From: Lwoffella lincolnii
Lineage (GTDB): Bacteria > Pseudomonadota > Gammaproteobacteria > Pseudomonadales > Moraxellaceae
Direction: 5' to 3'
Length of the DNA stretch: 32,000 nucleotides
Assembly: GCF_002014765.1 (NCBI RefSeq)
Contig: NZ_MUYT01000009.1
Location: 1-32,000 of the forward strand
Under the pieces are notes generated by a model. It was not told where the DNA came from, made no database searches, and saw only the letters and a program-made list of their open reading frames with translations. Every line of letters starts with the position of its first letter. Position 1 is the first letter of the stretch. Of the stretch, positions 17,569 to 26,917 are shown one piece after another. The position numbers and the translations under genes are program-made.

Positions 17569-17630
17569 AACTGACAAACCCACAAAACTAACAAACCCAC
17601 AAGGTTAACAAGCCCTAAAACTAACAAATT
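17551..17630. repeat. Degenerate tandem array of a 17-bp unit (about 4-5 copies) beginning inside the last codons of the DUF58 gene
   Basis: The array runs aaactgacagacactta / aaactgacaaacccaca / aaactaacaaacccaca / aggttaacaagccctaa, and continues. The DUF58 stop codon is at 17566-17568. Confidence 0.85.
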
Positions 17631-17696
17631 AAGCACAGCTTTCAATGAGTAAAATGCACCAACAATTCCCATGGGTTTGTAATTCTTAAGTGTAAT

Positions 17697-19874
17697 ATGA
17701 TTAAAAATAACCTTAATAACCTTAATAGCTTTAATGAATTGGCACAAGGCAAATGGCAGGGCATGCCATCGATATGGGTAGCCCCAAAAACGCAAGGCAT
17801 TTCACGTGTGCGTTATCTGCTGTCAATGCCTGCTTATTATTGGGTCATCACCTCTCAATTGTTGGTGATGCTGGTTTTTATCGGTCATCTGCCAATTTGG
17901 CTGATTGGGCTTGGGGCATTGTCTGCATTATCACAACTGCCAAGTGTCAAGCATCAAGTGGCAAATAAAATGCCACTTAAACGCCGTTATCTTTGGGTGC
18001 AGTTGGTGCTGTTTTTTGGGGGCTTAGCAGGATTATGGGTCAGTTACGGTGGTAATTATGGTGTCGATACTGGGGTGGCGTTTTTATTGTTATGCTTGAT
18101 GGGTAAGCTATGGGAGGTGTACCGTAAGCGTGATGGTTATGTGGTGTTAAATTTATCGCTGTTTGCCACCGCTTCGCTGTTTTTGTTAGACCAAGGCATG
18201 TTCACCACCTTGTTGGCAATTGGGTGTGTGTTGATGGTGATGATGGCTTTTATAGCGATGAATGACGATGGCAATCAAGATGGTGATGGTCGCATTCGTA
18301 CCCTTGGGCTATTGTCATTAACAGCATTGCCGTTGTTGTTGGTGTTGTTCTTATTCTTTCCACGCTTTCCGCCATTTTGGTCAATCACACTGTCCAAACC
18401 ACAAGCAACCACAGGCGTGTCAGACAGCATGGCACCGGGGGATTTTGCTAACTTAGCAAAATCCACGGAGTTGGCATTTCGGGTAGAATTTGATGGGCAA
18501 CGCCCCCATCGCTCACAGATGTATTGGCGAGGGCTTGTGTTTAGTGACTTCGATGGGATAACGTGGCAACCGAGTGAGCAAAAAGACAATCGCTTTTGGG
18601 TCAGTCAACAAGCTGAACCCAATTGGGTACAAAACAGCTTAACAGGACAATCACAAGGGCAGTACCAAGTCATCTTAGAACCAACACATCAGCAGTGGTT
18701 ATTTGCCCTTGATTACCCAAAACCTGAGCCAAAACAAGGGCTGGGCATGACTTCAGAATACAATCTCCGCTCTTTTGACGAAGTGGCTCAGCAATACCGC
18801 TATCAAGCAGAGTACTATCCTAACGCCCGTATTGAGCCACAACTGTCTGAGCAAAACAGACAAATTAACTTGGCACTGCCCGCCACTGGCAATGAAAAAA
18901 GCCGAGCTTTTGCCAAGAAGTTATTTGCTCAAGCTGGTCATGACCCTGTGAATTACATGAATAGCGTGCAAAAACACATCACCCAAAACAACTTTCGCTA
19001 CACATTATCGCCACCTTTATTGAATAAAAATCGCATTGATGAATTTTTATTTGACACACAGGCAGGGTTTTGTGAGCATTATTCATCGACCTTTACCTTT
19101 TTGATGCGAGCCGCTGGCATACCTGCCCGTGTGGTGGCAGGCTATCAAGGTGGTGAGCTTGGGCGAGATGGACTAAGCTGGGAAGTTCGACAAATGGACG
19201 CTCACGCATGGACGGAAGTGTGGCTGGCAGGGCAAGGCTGGGTACGCATTGACCCCACCGCCTTTGTTGCCCCCAATCGTGTTGAGCAAGGCATGGATTC
19301 GCTGACTGATGAGTATGGGGCATCGATGTTTGGAGATGGGGCAGGGGCAAATTTGTCGTATCAGCAGTACCGTATGTTGCAACAGATGCGTCGATTGTCT
19401 GACCAGTTAAGCTACTATTGGCAACGAGATGTGGTTGGCTATGACCAAGACAGTCAAAAAAATTCGTTGTTTAAATGGTTTAATATCACAAGCTTGACTC
19501 AACAGCTGTTTGTATTGATGGGTGCGTTTGTCTTGCTGATGACATTGGTGGTGGCTTGGTTGTTTTATAAACGGCGAAAATTTTACCATGCTGTGGATAA
19601 GCCATTTGCCAATTTATCAAAACAATTGGGCAAACAAAACCCAAGCTTGGCATGGCATGAGCAAGAAGATGTGTTGATGTGGCTTGAGCGGATTGGTGAG
19701 CATTTGGATAGGCAAGTGGCGAGTGATGTTAAAGCCCAATATCGTCAACTGCGATATTCACAAGCGTTTAATGACACTGACGGCAATCACCCAGAGACGC
19801 ACAAACGACTGAAACAATTAGAACAAATGGTTAGAAAATTGGCAAAAATGAGTAAATTGCCATCAGTGAATTGA
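17697..19874 (+). CDS. TgpA-like membrane protein with a transglutaminase-like cysteine protease domain (DUF3488 / TGase / DUF4129 architecture)
   Basis: The N-terminal half has multiple TM helices. The TGase-core Cys-His-Asp context is GFCEHYSSTFTFLMRAAGIPARVV, DAHAWTEVW and GWVRIDPT. A late TM helix is followed by a C-terminal tail. Confidence 0.85.
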   Translation: MIKNNLNNLNSFNELAQGKWQGMPSIWVAPKTQGISRVRYLLSMPAYYWVITSQLLVMLVFIGHLPIWLIGLGALSALSQLPSVKHQVANKMPLKRRYLWVQLVLFFGGLAGLWVSYGGNYGVDTGVAFLLLCLMGKLWEVYRKRDGYVVLNLSLFATASLFLLDQGMFTTLLAIGCVLMVMMAFIAMNDDGNQDGDGRIRTLGLLSLTALPLLLVLFLFFPRFPPFWSITLSKPQATTGVSDSMAPGDFANLAKSTELAFRVEFDGQRPHRSQMYWRGLVFSDFDGITWQPSEQKDNRFWVSQQAEPNWVQNSLTGQSQGQYQVILEPTHQQWLFALDYPKPEPKQGLGMTSEYNLRSFDEVAQQYRYQAEYYPNARIEPQLSEQNRQINLALPATGNEKSRAFAKKLFAQAGHDPVNYMNSVQKHITQNNFRYTLSPPLLNKNRIDEFLFDTQAGFCEHYSSTFTFLMRAAGIPARVVAGYQGGELGRDGLSWEVRQMDAHAWTEVWLAGQGWVRIDPTAFVAPNRVEQGMDSLTDEYGASMFGDGAGANLSYQQYRMLQQMRRLSDQLSYYWQRDVVGYDQDSQKNSLFKWFNITSLTQQLFVLMGAFVLLMTLVVAWLFYKRRKFYHAVDKPFANLSKQLGKQNPSLAWHEQEDVLMWLERIGEHLDRQVASDVKAQYRQLRYSQAFNDTDGNHPETHKRLKQLEQMVRKLAKMSKLPSVN

Positions 19875-19908
19875 CATAAACGAATATCAAAACGAACATC
19901 AAAAAAAC

Positions 19909-20535
19909 ATGACTCACATTGCGGTTATCCATACTGATGAGCAGCGACAAGCTCACATTGACAAACTGATTGTCATTGAGCCTAGGTTTGTTTCTATTTA
20001 TGAACAAGTTGGCTTACCTGATTTACATCAGCAACCACAAGGGTTTGCCCAAATGGTGCGTGCCATCATTGCACAACAGATATCAGCGTCGGCAGCTCGC
20101 CGCATCTATCAACGCATTGAACAGGCAGGACTGATGACGCCCAATGCCATTCAAGTGGCTGATGATGACCATCTGCAAAAACAAGGTCTATCAAAACAAA
20201 AAATCCGCTATTTACGGTCATTGGCTGAGCATGACATTGATTATGACACATTGGCTTATTTGTCTGATGAAGCAGTGATTAAACAGCTGACAGCTGTGAC
20301 GGGAGTTGGACGCTGGACGGCTCAGATGTATCTGCTTTTTAGCCTTAGGCGAGTGGACATCTTGCCAGTAGATGACCTGGCGATAAAAGTGGCGGCACAA
20401 GCGTTATTGGGGTTGGATAAGCGTCCCACTCCCAATCAATTAACCCAACTGACCAACCCTTGGTCTCCACATCGCAGTGTTGCCAGTTTATTGCTATGGA
20501 CGTATTATGGGGTGCTGAAAAATCAGGCTGGCTGA
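19909..20535 (+). CDS. DNA-3-methyladenine glycosylase II family protein (HhH-GPD, AlkA-like)
   Basis: The helix-hairpin-helix segment LTAVTGVGRWTAQMYLLF is followed by the catalytic-Asp context ILPVDDLAI. Confidence 0.75.
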   Translation: MTHIAVIHTDEQRQAHIDKLIVIEPRFVSIYEQVGLPDLHQQPQGFAQMVRAIIAQQISASAARRIYQRIEQAGLMTPNAIQVADDDHLQKQGLSKQKIRYLRSLAEHDIDYDTLAYLSDEAVIKQLTAVTGVGRWTAQMYLLFSLRRVDILPVDDLAIKVAAQALLGLDKRPTPNQLTQLTNPWSPHRSVASLLLWTYYGVLKNQAG

Positions 20536-20578
20536 TGCCTTATCTAAGCACTTGTTTACAAGGTCATTTTTTGGATAA

Positions 20579-21262
20579 TCAGACTTTTGGACAATCGGGT
20601 TGATTATCAGGATACGCATCAATAAAGGCAGGCAAGCTCATGCAATGCTGATAAATGGATTGTATGTGTGGATATGCACACAAATCACACTCAAATCGCA
20701 ACGCATTATACACTTGTGGGATAAGACAACAATCTGCCAATGTTGGCGTATCGCCAAAGCAAAATTTGATGTCTGTGCCATTTTGTTGGGGCTGGTGCTG
20801 ATGGGTGTTGTGGTGGTTGGCTAATTGTTGCTCAAATGCGTCAAAACCATGAACAATCCAGTGGGCATACCATGTTTGTTTTTGCTCATCATTGACAGAC
20901 AATTCATGACTTAAGTATTGTAGTACCCGCAAATTGTTAAGTGGGTGCATGTCACACGCCACAATTTGAGCCAACGAATGCACAAAGGCTTTATCTTTGG
21001 CATCAGTTGGCAGTAAAGGCACATCAAAAAATCGGTCTTCCAAATACAGAATAATCGCCAGTGACTGACTGATGACAAACCCATCATCATCAAGCGTTGG
21101 GACAAGCTGTTGTGGATTGATGGCGGTATATGCGTCACTTTTTTGCTCACCACCTTGATTGAGCAGATGAATGGGCACAATGTCATATTGAATGTTTTTT
21201 AACGCCAACGCAATCCGCACCCGAAATGCCGCTGAACTGCGATAATAAGAATATAATTTCAT
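20579..21262 (-). CDS. maiA: Maleylacetoacetate isomerase (zeta-class GST)
   Basis: The N-terminus MKLYSYYRSSAAFRVRIALALK is typical of MaiA. An RBS (aggaa) lies upstream of the ATG at 21262. The ORF-track start at 21295 adds 11 atypical residues. Confidence 0.85.
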   Translation of the reverse strand: MKLYSYYRSSAAFRVRIALALKNIQYDIVPIHLLNQGGEQKSDAYTAINPQQLVPTLDDDGFVISQSLAIILYLEDRFFDVPLLPTDAKDKAFVHSLAQIVACDMHPLNNLRVLQYLSHELSVNDEQKQTWYAHWIVHGFDAFEQQLANHHNTHQHQPQQNGTDIKFCFGDTPTLADCCLIPQVYNALRFECDLCAYPHIQSIYQHCMSLPAFIDAYPDNQPDCPKV

Positions 21263-21334
21263 ACAAATTCCTAGGTTGATTGGATTGGCTGGCACACCAA
21301 CCCAACCATGACGTGGGTGAGATTGGGCATGCCT

Positions 21335-22768
21335 CTAATGTGAGATGACTGATTTGGCAGGTAACTTTGTGATGGTAAATCCTGTAAATCCAAACATAAT
21401 GGTTAAAAATAAGCACAAATAACAAAAGAACGCATATGGCAAATAATCCAGCACAGGCACGCCCAATTGTTGGCTGATAAACACCCCACACACACTCCAA
21501 GGCACCAATGGATTAATCACCGTGCCTGCATCTTCAATGGTGCGAGCTAAGTTTTTTGGGTGTAAATTTAACCGCTCATATTCACCTTTAAAACTCTCTC
21601 CTGCCAACAAAATGCTTAAATATTGTTCACCAATTAACACATTCACCCCCAAAGCGGTCATGGCAGCAGCAAAGGTTACTTTTCCTGCATTCACCAATTT
21701 GTGTTTAATGCTGTTTAATAACGCAGGTAAAATGCCCAAATTATGCAACAGCCCTCCCAAACTTAATGCCAAAATCACAATCGTTTGGGTAAAAAACATG
21801 CTATTTAAACCACCACGAGAAATAAGCCCACTGACAGCACCCAAGTCTAACTCTTCAGCAGGTTTATATCCTTGAAAAAAATAACCGCCAATTTGCGCCA
21901 AGCTTGGGGAACTGTGTAAAAAAGTGATGATGACAGACACAATGATTGTCATGATGATGGCATAAATGGCATTAACCTTAAATAAAATAAGCCCAACCAA
22001 TAGCACAAAAGGCAACAACGCATAGCCATGCACCAAATCACTGGCAAGCAGTTGTTGCTTTAATATGGCCACTTCACTTAAATTTGCCCCAGTTGTCTGT
22101 CCTTGAAAGACCCAAAACAGGGCAACTGTCAAAATCCAAGCAGGTATGGTGGTATACATCATATTGCGGATATGCTCAAATAGGTCTATTCCTGCAACAG
22201 AAGCCGCTATGGTGCAAGTATCCGATAATGGCGACATCTTATCGCCAAAAAATGCCCCTGACACCACTGCCCCTGCCACAACCGCCACATTGGCATCAAA
22301 TGCCCCAGCCATGCCAATAAATGCCACACCAATGGTGGCACAAGTGGTCAAACTGCTGCCAATCGCCACACCAATAATTGAGGTTAAAATAAAGGCAGAA
22401 ATATAAAAATGCTCAGGTGATAACAACTCAAAGCCATAATACATCAAGGTGGGGATTGCCCCTGACATCATCAGAGCAGACACCATCAAACCAATAAAGA
22501 AAAATAAATAAATTGCCCCAAAACCTGACATCACTCCTTTTGCCATATAGCCTTGCATGGCATCAAACGAGATGCCTTTGAGTTTGCCAAACAAAAAAAG
22601 CCCACAAATCACCAAAAGTAATGCCAAGTGTGGTATCCAGCCCAAAGCAATCATCACCACACCCATCATGACCACCATGGCACAAGCCATTATCATGGCT
22701 ATGGGCGTGTTTAAAACAGAGTTTGTCTGTGTTGACTGAGTCTGTGTTGATTTAAAATTATCACGCAT
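21335..22768 (-). CDS. NhaC-family membrane transporter (annotated family: Na+/H+ antiporter NhaC). The substrate here is unknown.
   Basis: Polytopic membrane protein of about 477 aa with NhaC-like segments (MSGFGAIYLFFFIGLMVSALMMSGAIPTLMYYG). The ATG at 22768 has an aagga RBS. The ORF-track start at 22792 is a TTG. Confidence 0.72.
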   Translation of the reverse strand: MRDNFKSTQTQSTQTNSVLNTPIAMIMACAMVVMMGVVMIALGWIPHLALLLVICGLFLFGKLKGISFDAMQGYMAKGVMSGFGAIYLFFFIGLMVSALMMSGAIPTLMYYGFELLSPEHFYISAFILTSIIGVAIGSSLTTCATIGVAFIGMAGAFDANVAVVAGAVVSGAFFGDKMSPLSDTCTIAASVAGIDLFEHIRNMMYTTIPAWILTVALFWVFQGQTTGANLSEVAILKQQLLASDLVHGYALLPFVLLVGLILFKVNAIYAIIMTIIVSVIITFLHSSPSLAQIGGYFFQGYKPAEELDLGAVSGLISRGGLNSMFFTQTIVILALSLGGLLHNLGILPALLNSIKHKLVNAGKVTFAAAMTALGVNVLIGEQYLSILLAGESFKGEYERLNLHPKNLARTIEDAGTVINPLVPWSVCGVFISQQLGVPVLDYLPYAFFCYLCLFLTIMFGFTGFTITKLPAKSVISH

Positions 22769-22833
22769 CAAACATATCCTTATGTTAGTCAAATTATACG
22801 TAGTCAGATGATACGTAGTCAGATTGTGCGAGT

Positions 22834-23835
22834 TTAATATTGGGTATTCACAGTATTGATGATATCACCAAAAATATTGTTGCCATCTTTATCACGCATA
22901 TAAATTTTTACCGTATCACCGTGGTTCATAAAGCTGGTTTGTGGTTTGCCTGTTTCGATGGTTTCATACATACGCACTTCTGCCAAACAACAATAACCCA
23001 CACCACCATTTGCCACTGACGAGCCATGCAAACTATTTTGCTTGTTAGACACCGTGCCAGAGCCAATGATTGTTCCTGCTTCTAACTCACGGGTTTTTGC
23101 CAAATGGCTCACCAATCGAGCAAAACTAAAAGTCATGTCCACCCCTGCATTGGGAAAACCAAACTTGTCGCCGTTTAGCTCAACGTGTAATGGCAAATGC
23201 ACTTTATCATCTTGCCACGCATCACCCAACTCATCAGGGGTAACCACAATCGGACTAAAAGCAGAAGCAGGTTTACTTTGGACAAAACCAAACCCCTTGG
23301 CAAGTTCGCTTGGGATTAAGTTGCGTAGTGACACATCATTGACCAACCCAATTAAGCGAATGTGCTGACTGGCGGTCATCTCATCTGCCCCAAATGGCAC
23401 GTCATCGGTTATCACCACCACTTCAGCTTCAAAATCAATGCCCCATTCAGGCTGAGCCAAAATATCGCTTGTGGGCGTGATAAAACTGTCAGAGCCACCT
23501 TGATACATTAAAGGGTCATCATAAAAAGACGCTGGCACTTCGGCATGACGAGCCTTACGCACCAACTCAACATGATTAAGATATGCCGAGCCATCTGCCC
23601 ATTGATAAGCTCTGGGCAATGGAGAATGGCAAGCGGTTTGGTCAAAGACATCACCTAAACTGTCGTCGTCATTGAGTTGTTGATATGATTTTTCTAGGGC
23701 AGGGGCATGAGTCTCCCAGTCTTCTAACACCGCTTGTAATGTTTTGGGGTTTGCTGGCACATAACGGTCTAGATTGCGACTGACGACAACCAATCGACCA
23801 TCACGCCCATCTTGATTTAATGTGGCAAGTTTCAT
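22834..23835 (-). CDS. Fumarylacetoacetate hydrolase-family protein (short form of about 330 aa)
   Basis: The N-terminus is MKLATLNQDGRDGRLVVVSRNL and the body is FAH-fold. A strong RBS (aaggag) lies upstream. The gene sits in the hppD-maiA operon. Confidence 0.82.
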   Translation of the reverse strand: MKLATLNQDGRDGRLVVVSRNLDRYVPANPKTLQAVLEDWETHAPALEKSYQQLNDDDSLGDVFDQTACHSPLPRAYQWADGSAYLNHVELVRKARHAEVPASFYDDPLMYQGGSDSFITPTSDILAQPEWGIDFEAEVVVITDDVPFGADEMTASQHIRLIGLVNDVSLRNLIPSELAKGFGFVQSKPASAFSPIVVTPDELGDAWQDDKVHLPLHVELNGDKFGFPNAGVDMTFSFARLVSHLAKTRELEAGTIIGSGTVSNKQNSLHGSSVANGGVGYCCLAEVRMYETIETGKPQTSFMNHGDTVKIYMRDKDGNNIFGDIINTVNTQY

Positions 23836-23946
23836 GCTTTCTCCTTGGTCATACTGATAAATTGCTAACGTGATGCTGATAAAATGACATTGGTCAAACT
23901 TATTGGCACGATGCTGCTTGATGTCAAGATGCTGATTGATGTCAAA

Positions 23947-24522
23947 TCAAACATCAACATCAGGTGGTTCAGTGCCATCATGTATCCATCGAGCGTGTTG
24001 GGGGGCTTTTTTGGTGATTGCCCATTCATTGAGCATCTCCCATTTGACAGCATCTAGGGCTTTTTGCATTTTTGTCGTTGCCACATCACAAGCCAACTCA
24101 ATGCGGTGTCCATTGGGGTCAAAAAAGTAAATGGAATGAAATAAGGTATGATTAACAGGGCCAAGCACCTCGATGCCTTCACCGATAAGTTTGTCTTTGG
24201 CACTGAATAAAGCCTCCATGCTCTCAACTTTTAAGGCCAAGTGCTGAGTCCAAACTGGGGTGTTTTCATCTCGCCCCATCTTAGGTTTGGTTGGTAATTC
24301 AAAAAATGCCAAAATATTACCACCCCCAGCGTCCATAAAAATGTGCATATAAGGGTCTGGTTCTTTGGTTGATGGCACTTGGTCTTCAGCAATGGCAAGC
24401 ACAAACTCCATACCAAGGTGCTTTTGATACCATTCTACGGTTTGTTTGGCATCATTGCATCGATAAGCAACATGATGCACGCCTTGTGGGATTGGCTTGG
24501 TAGAAACGAGAGTATTCATCAT
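23947..24522 (-). CDS. VOC-superfamily protein (glyoxalase / extradiol dioxygenase fold)
   Basis: 191 aa from the ATG at 24522, which has an aagga RBS. The paired beta-alpha-beta-beta-beta module pattern carries candidate metal ligands in VHHVAYRC, THLALKV and HRIELAC. Confidence 0.72.
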   Translation of the reverse strand: MMNTLVSTKPIPQGVHHVAYRCNDAKQTVEWYQKHLGMEFVLAIAEDQVPSTKEPDPYMHIFMDAGGGNILAFFELPTKPKMGRDENTPVWTQHLALKVESMEALFSAKDKLIGEGIEVLGPVNHTLFHSIYFFDPNGHRIELACDVATTKMQKALDAVKWEMLNEWAITKKAPQHARWIHDGTEPPDVDV

Positions 24523-24583
24523 GATAAGTCCTTTTAATAATTCTTTTAACAAACAGATATTAGTCAATATCAATTCACCAACA

Positions 24584-25678
24584 TCATAAATCTTGTGGGT
24601 CTGTTGTCAATACCCCACGGCGGATTTGGTCTCGTTCAATGGATTCAAATAACGCCTTAAAATTGCCCTCACCAAAACCCTCACGATAGTCCCCTTTGCG
24701 TTGAATAAACTCAAAAAATACAGGTCCCATCACCGTCTCTGAAAAAATCTGTAACAACAATCTTGGGTGTCCGTCTTCTGTTGTGCCATCTAATAAAATA
24801 CCCCGAGATTGTAGCTCTGCCACAGGCTCACCATGATTTGGCAAACGCTCATCGAGCATTTCATAATAAGTGTCTTTAGGGGCAGTCATCAATGGCACTC
24901 CTGCTTCACGCAACTTATCAATGGTGGCTAATAAATTATCACTGAGTAACGCAATGTGTTGAATGCCTTCACCATTAAATTGCAACAAAAACTCTTCAAT
25001 CTGTCCGCCACCTTGTTTAGATTCTTCATTCAATGGAATGCGAATTTTGCCATCAGGAGCGGTTAACGCACGGCTAGTAAGACCTGTGTATTCACCTTTA
25101 ATGTCAAAATAACGAATTTCTTGAAAATTAAAGACCTTTTGATAAAAATTGTACCAATAATCCATGCGACCACGGTAAAGGTTATGGGTGAGATGGTCAA
25201 TCACCTTTAATCCATGACCAATAGGGTGCTTGTCCACATTGGGCAAATATTCAAAATCAATGTCATAAATACTGCTGCCATCTTCAAAACGGTCAATCAA
25301 ATAAATCAAGCTACCACCAATGCCTTTAATGGCAGGAAGTTTGAGTTCCATGGCATTGGTGTTAAGCTCAATGGGCAAAGCCCCCATCTCGATGGCACGG
25401 TTGTGGGCGTGTTGAGCATTTTTGACACGAAATGCCATGCCACATGCACCTGCTCCATGTTCATCAGCAAAGTGAGATGCCACGCTGTTGGGTTCTTGAT
25501 TTAGGATAAAATTAATATCACCTTGGCGATATAATTGCACATTTTTTGAACGGTGATTGGCAATGTGGGTAAATCCGATTTTTTCAAATAATTGTTTGAG
25601 TTGCTCTGGATTGGGTGAAGAAAACTCAAGAAATTCAAAACCTTGCAGTCCCATTGGGTTATCAAATAAATCTGTCAT
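24584..25678 (-). CDS. hppD: 4-hydroxyphenylpyruvate dioxygenase
   Basis: 364 aa from the ATG at 25678, which has an aaggaa RBS. The sequence includes [29 protein letters not shown] and the typical C-terminus [37 protein letters not shown]. Confidence 0.93.
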   Translation of the reverse strand: MTDLFDNPMGLQGFEFLEFSSPNPEQLKQLFEKIGFTHIANHRSKNVQLYRQGDINFILNQEPNSVASHFADEHGAGACGMAFRVKNAQHAHNRAIEMGALPIELNTNAMELKLPAIKGIGGSLIYLIDRFEDGSSIYDIDFEYLPNVDKHPIGHGLKVIDHLTHNLYRGRMDYWYNFYQKVFNFQEIRYFDIKGEYTGLTSRALTAPDGKIRIPLNEESKQGGGQIEEFLLQFNGEGIQHIALLSDNLLATIDKLREAGVPLMTAPKDTYYEMLDERLPNHGEPVAELQSRGILLDGTTEDGHPRLLLQIFSETVMGPVFFEFIQRKGDYREGFGEGNFKALFESIERDQIRRGVLTTDPQDL

Positions 25679-25849
25679 GTCCAGTTCCTTTTGACAATGA
25701 TGGTGGTAAACAATGATGGTGATAAACAACGTGTCAACGTGTCGTGCCATAGATGCTCAGTATCTAAGCTGGCAGGTAGCTGGCAGGTGATAAAAAGTGA
25801 GCAGATGATAAAAACCAATCTTGATGACTGCTTTTTTATGACTGCTTCC

Positions 25850-25872
25850 TTATGGTTGCTCTGACATCATAA
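25850..25872. promoter_or_regulatory. Candidate LysR-type operator (inverted repeat TTATG-N13-CATAA) in the hppD/lysR divergent spacer
   Basis: ttatggttgctctgacatcataa lies 57-79 bp upstream of the LysR ATG. A nearby direct repeat atgactgctt x2 lies at about 25823-25847. Confidence 0.3.
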
Positions 25873-25928
25873 AACAGTTACATTTATTAGGCTATCAGTT
25901 TTTTTTAATATATTTATCGGAAAATATT

Positions 25929-26837
25929 ATGAATATCACCATCAAACAATTACGGGCGTTTATCACAGTGGCAAAGTACCAAAACTTCACAGCAGCAGCA
26001 CAACATTTGCATCTGTCTCAATCAGCACTGAGTGGTTTAATCAAAGAGCTGGAAAATACGCTTGGTTTTCAAGTATTTGACCGAACCACACGGCAATTAA
26101 ACCTATCGCAGTTGGGGGAGCAATTATTGCCACAAGCCCAACGTATCATTCATGAATTGATGGTGTTTGAAAGTCAGATAACCATGTTTAATAAATTAGA
26201 GCAAGGGCAAGTGCGTATTGCGGTTTCTCAGCAGTTTGCTGCCTCGATGATGCCAATGGTGATTGCCAATTTTCAAAAAACTTATCCGCACATTCAATTC
26301 ACCTTGATTGATTGTTCAGTTGAGATGGTTCTGCAAAGGGTACAGAGCATGGATGTGGATTTTGGACTTGGAGCAGAGCGGGCATTTGATGATGATATTA
26401 AAGCAGAGTTTTTGTTTGAATTGCCCTTTTTTGTGGTCATGCCCTCGCATCATCGTTTAAGCCAGCAATCACAAGTGCGATGGTTGGATTTACAAGATGA
26501 GCCAATGATTACATTACAAGGACCATTTACCAAGCATTTATTGCAAGATTTGCCTGAGACATTGGCTCAAGTATTAAAACAGCCACAATATGAAGTGAAC
26601 TTTTTATCAACAGCCTTTGCTTTGACTAAACAAGGTTTGGGACTGACATTGTGCTTACCTTACGCATCAGAACGGGTGTCTCAACAAGGTTTGGTGATGA
26701 AACAGTTGATTAACCCTGTGATAAAACGGCGATTTTTTTTATACCAACGCACCCATCGCACATTATCACCTGCCATGATGGCTTTTAAAAAATTTTTAAG
26801 TGGTATGTACCCAGCATCATCAAGTCATTTTAAATAA
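25929..26837 (+). CDS. LysR-family transcriptional regulator, divergent from the hppD operon
   Basis: The N-terminal wHTH is IKQLRAFITVAKYQNFTAAAQHLHLSQSALSGLIKELE, followed by a LysR substrate-binding domain of typical length. Confidence 0.9.
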   Translation: MNITIKQLRAFITVAKYQNFTAAAQHLHLSQSALSGLIKELENTLGFQVFDRTTRQLNLSQLGEQLLPQAQRIIHELMVFESQITMFNKLEQGQVRIAVSQQFAASMMPMVIANFQKTYPHIQFTLIDCSVEMVLQRVQSMDVDFGLGAERAFDDDIKAEFLFELPFFVVMPSHHRLSQQSQVRWLDLQDEPMITLQGPFTKHLLQDLPETLAQVLKQPQYEVNFLSTAFALTKQGLGLTLCLPYASERVSQQGLVMKQLINPVIKRRFFLYQRTHRTLSPAMMAFKKFLSGMYPASSSHFK

Positions 26838-26874
26838 GTAACTTTAAATAAGTAACTTTAAAATAAGCAACCTT
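26832..26874. repeat. 14-bp tandem repeat (2 perfect copies plus 1 diverged) straddling the LysR stop codon
   Basis: aaataagtaacttt occurs at 26832-26845 and 26846-26859, with a diverged copy at 26860-26874. The stop codon is at 26835-26837. Confidence 0.92.
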
Positions 26875-26917
26875 AAATTTTTACTCATTTTGGCTTGTTT
26901 TTGTGATGTTGGTTTTA

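Noticed and set aside
21183-21500. A 105-aa minus-strand ORF bridging the nhaC 3' end and the maiA 5' end
   Set aside because: It overlaps two well-supported genes in alternative frames, and nothing independent supports it.
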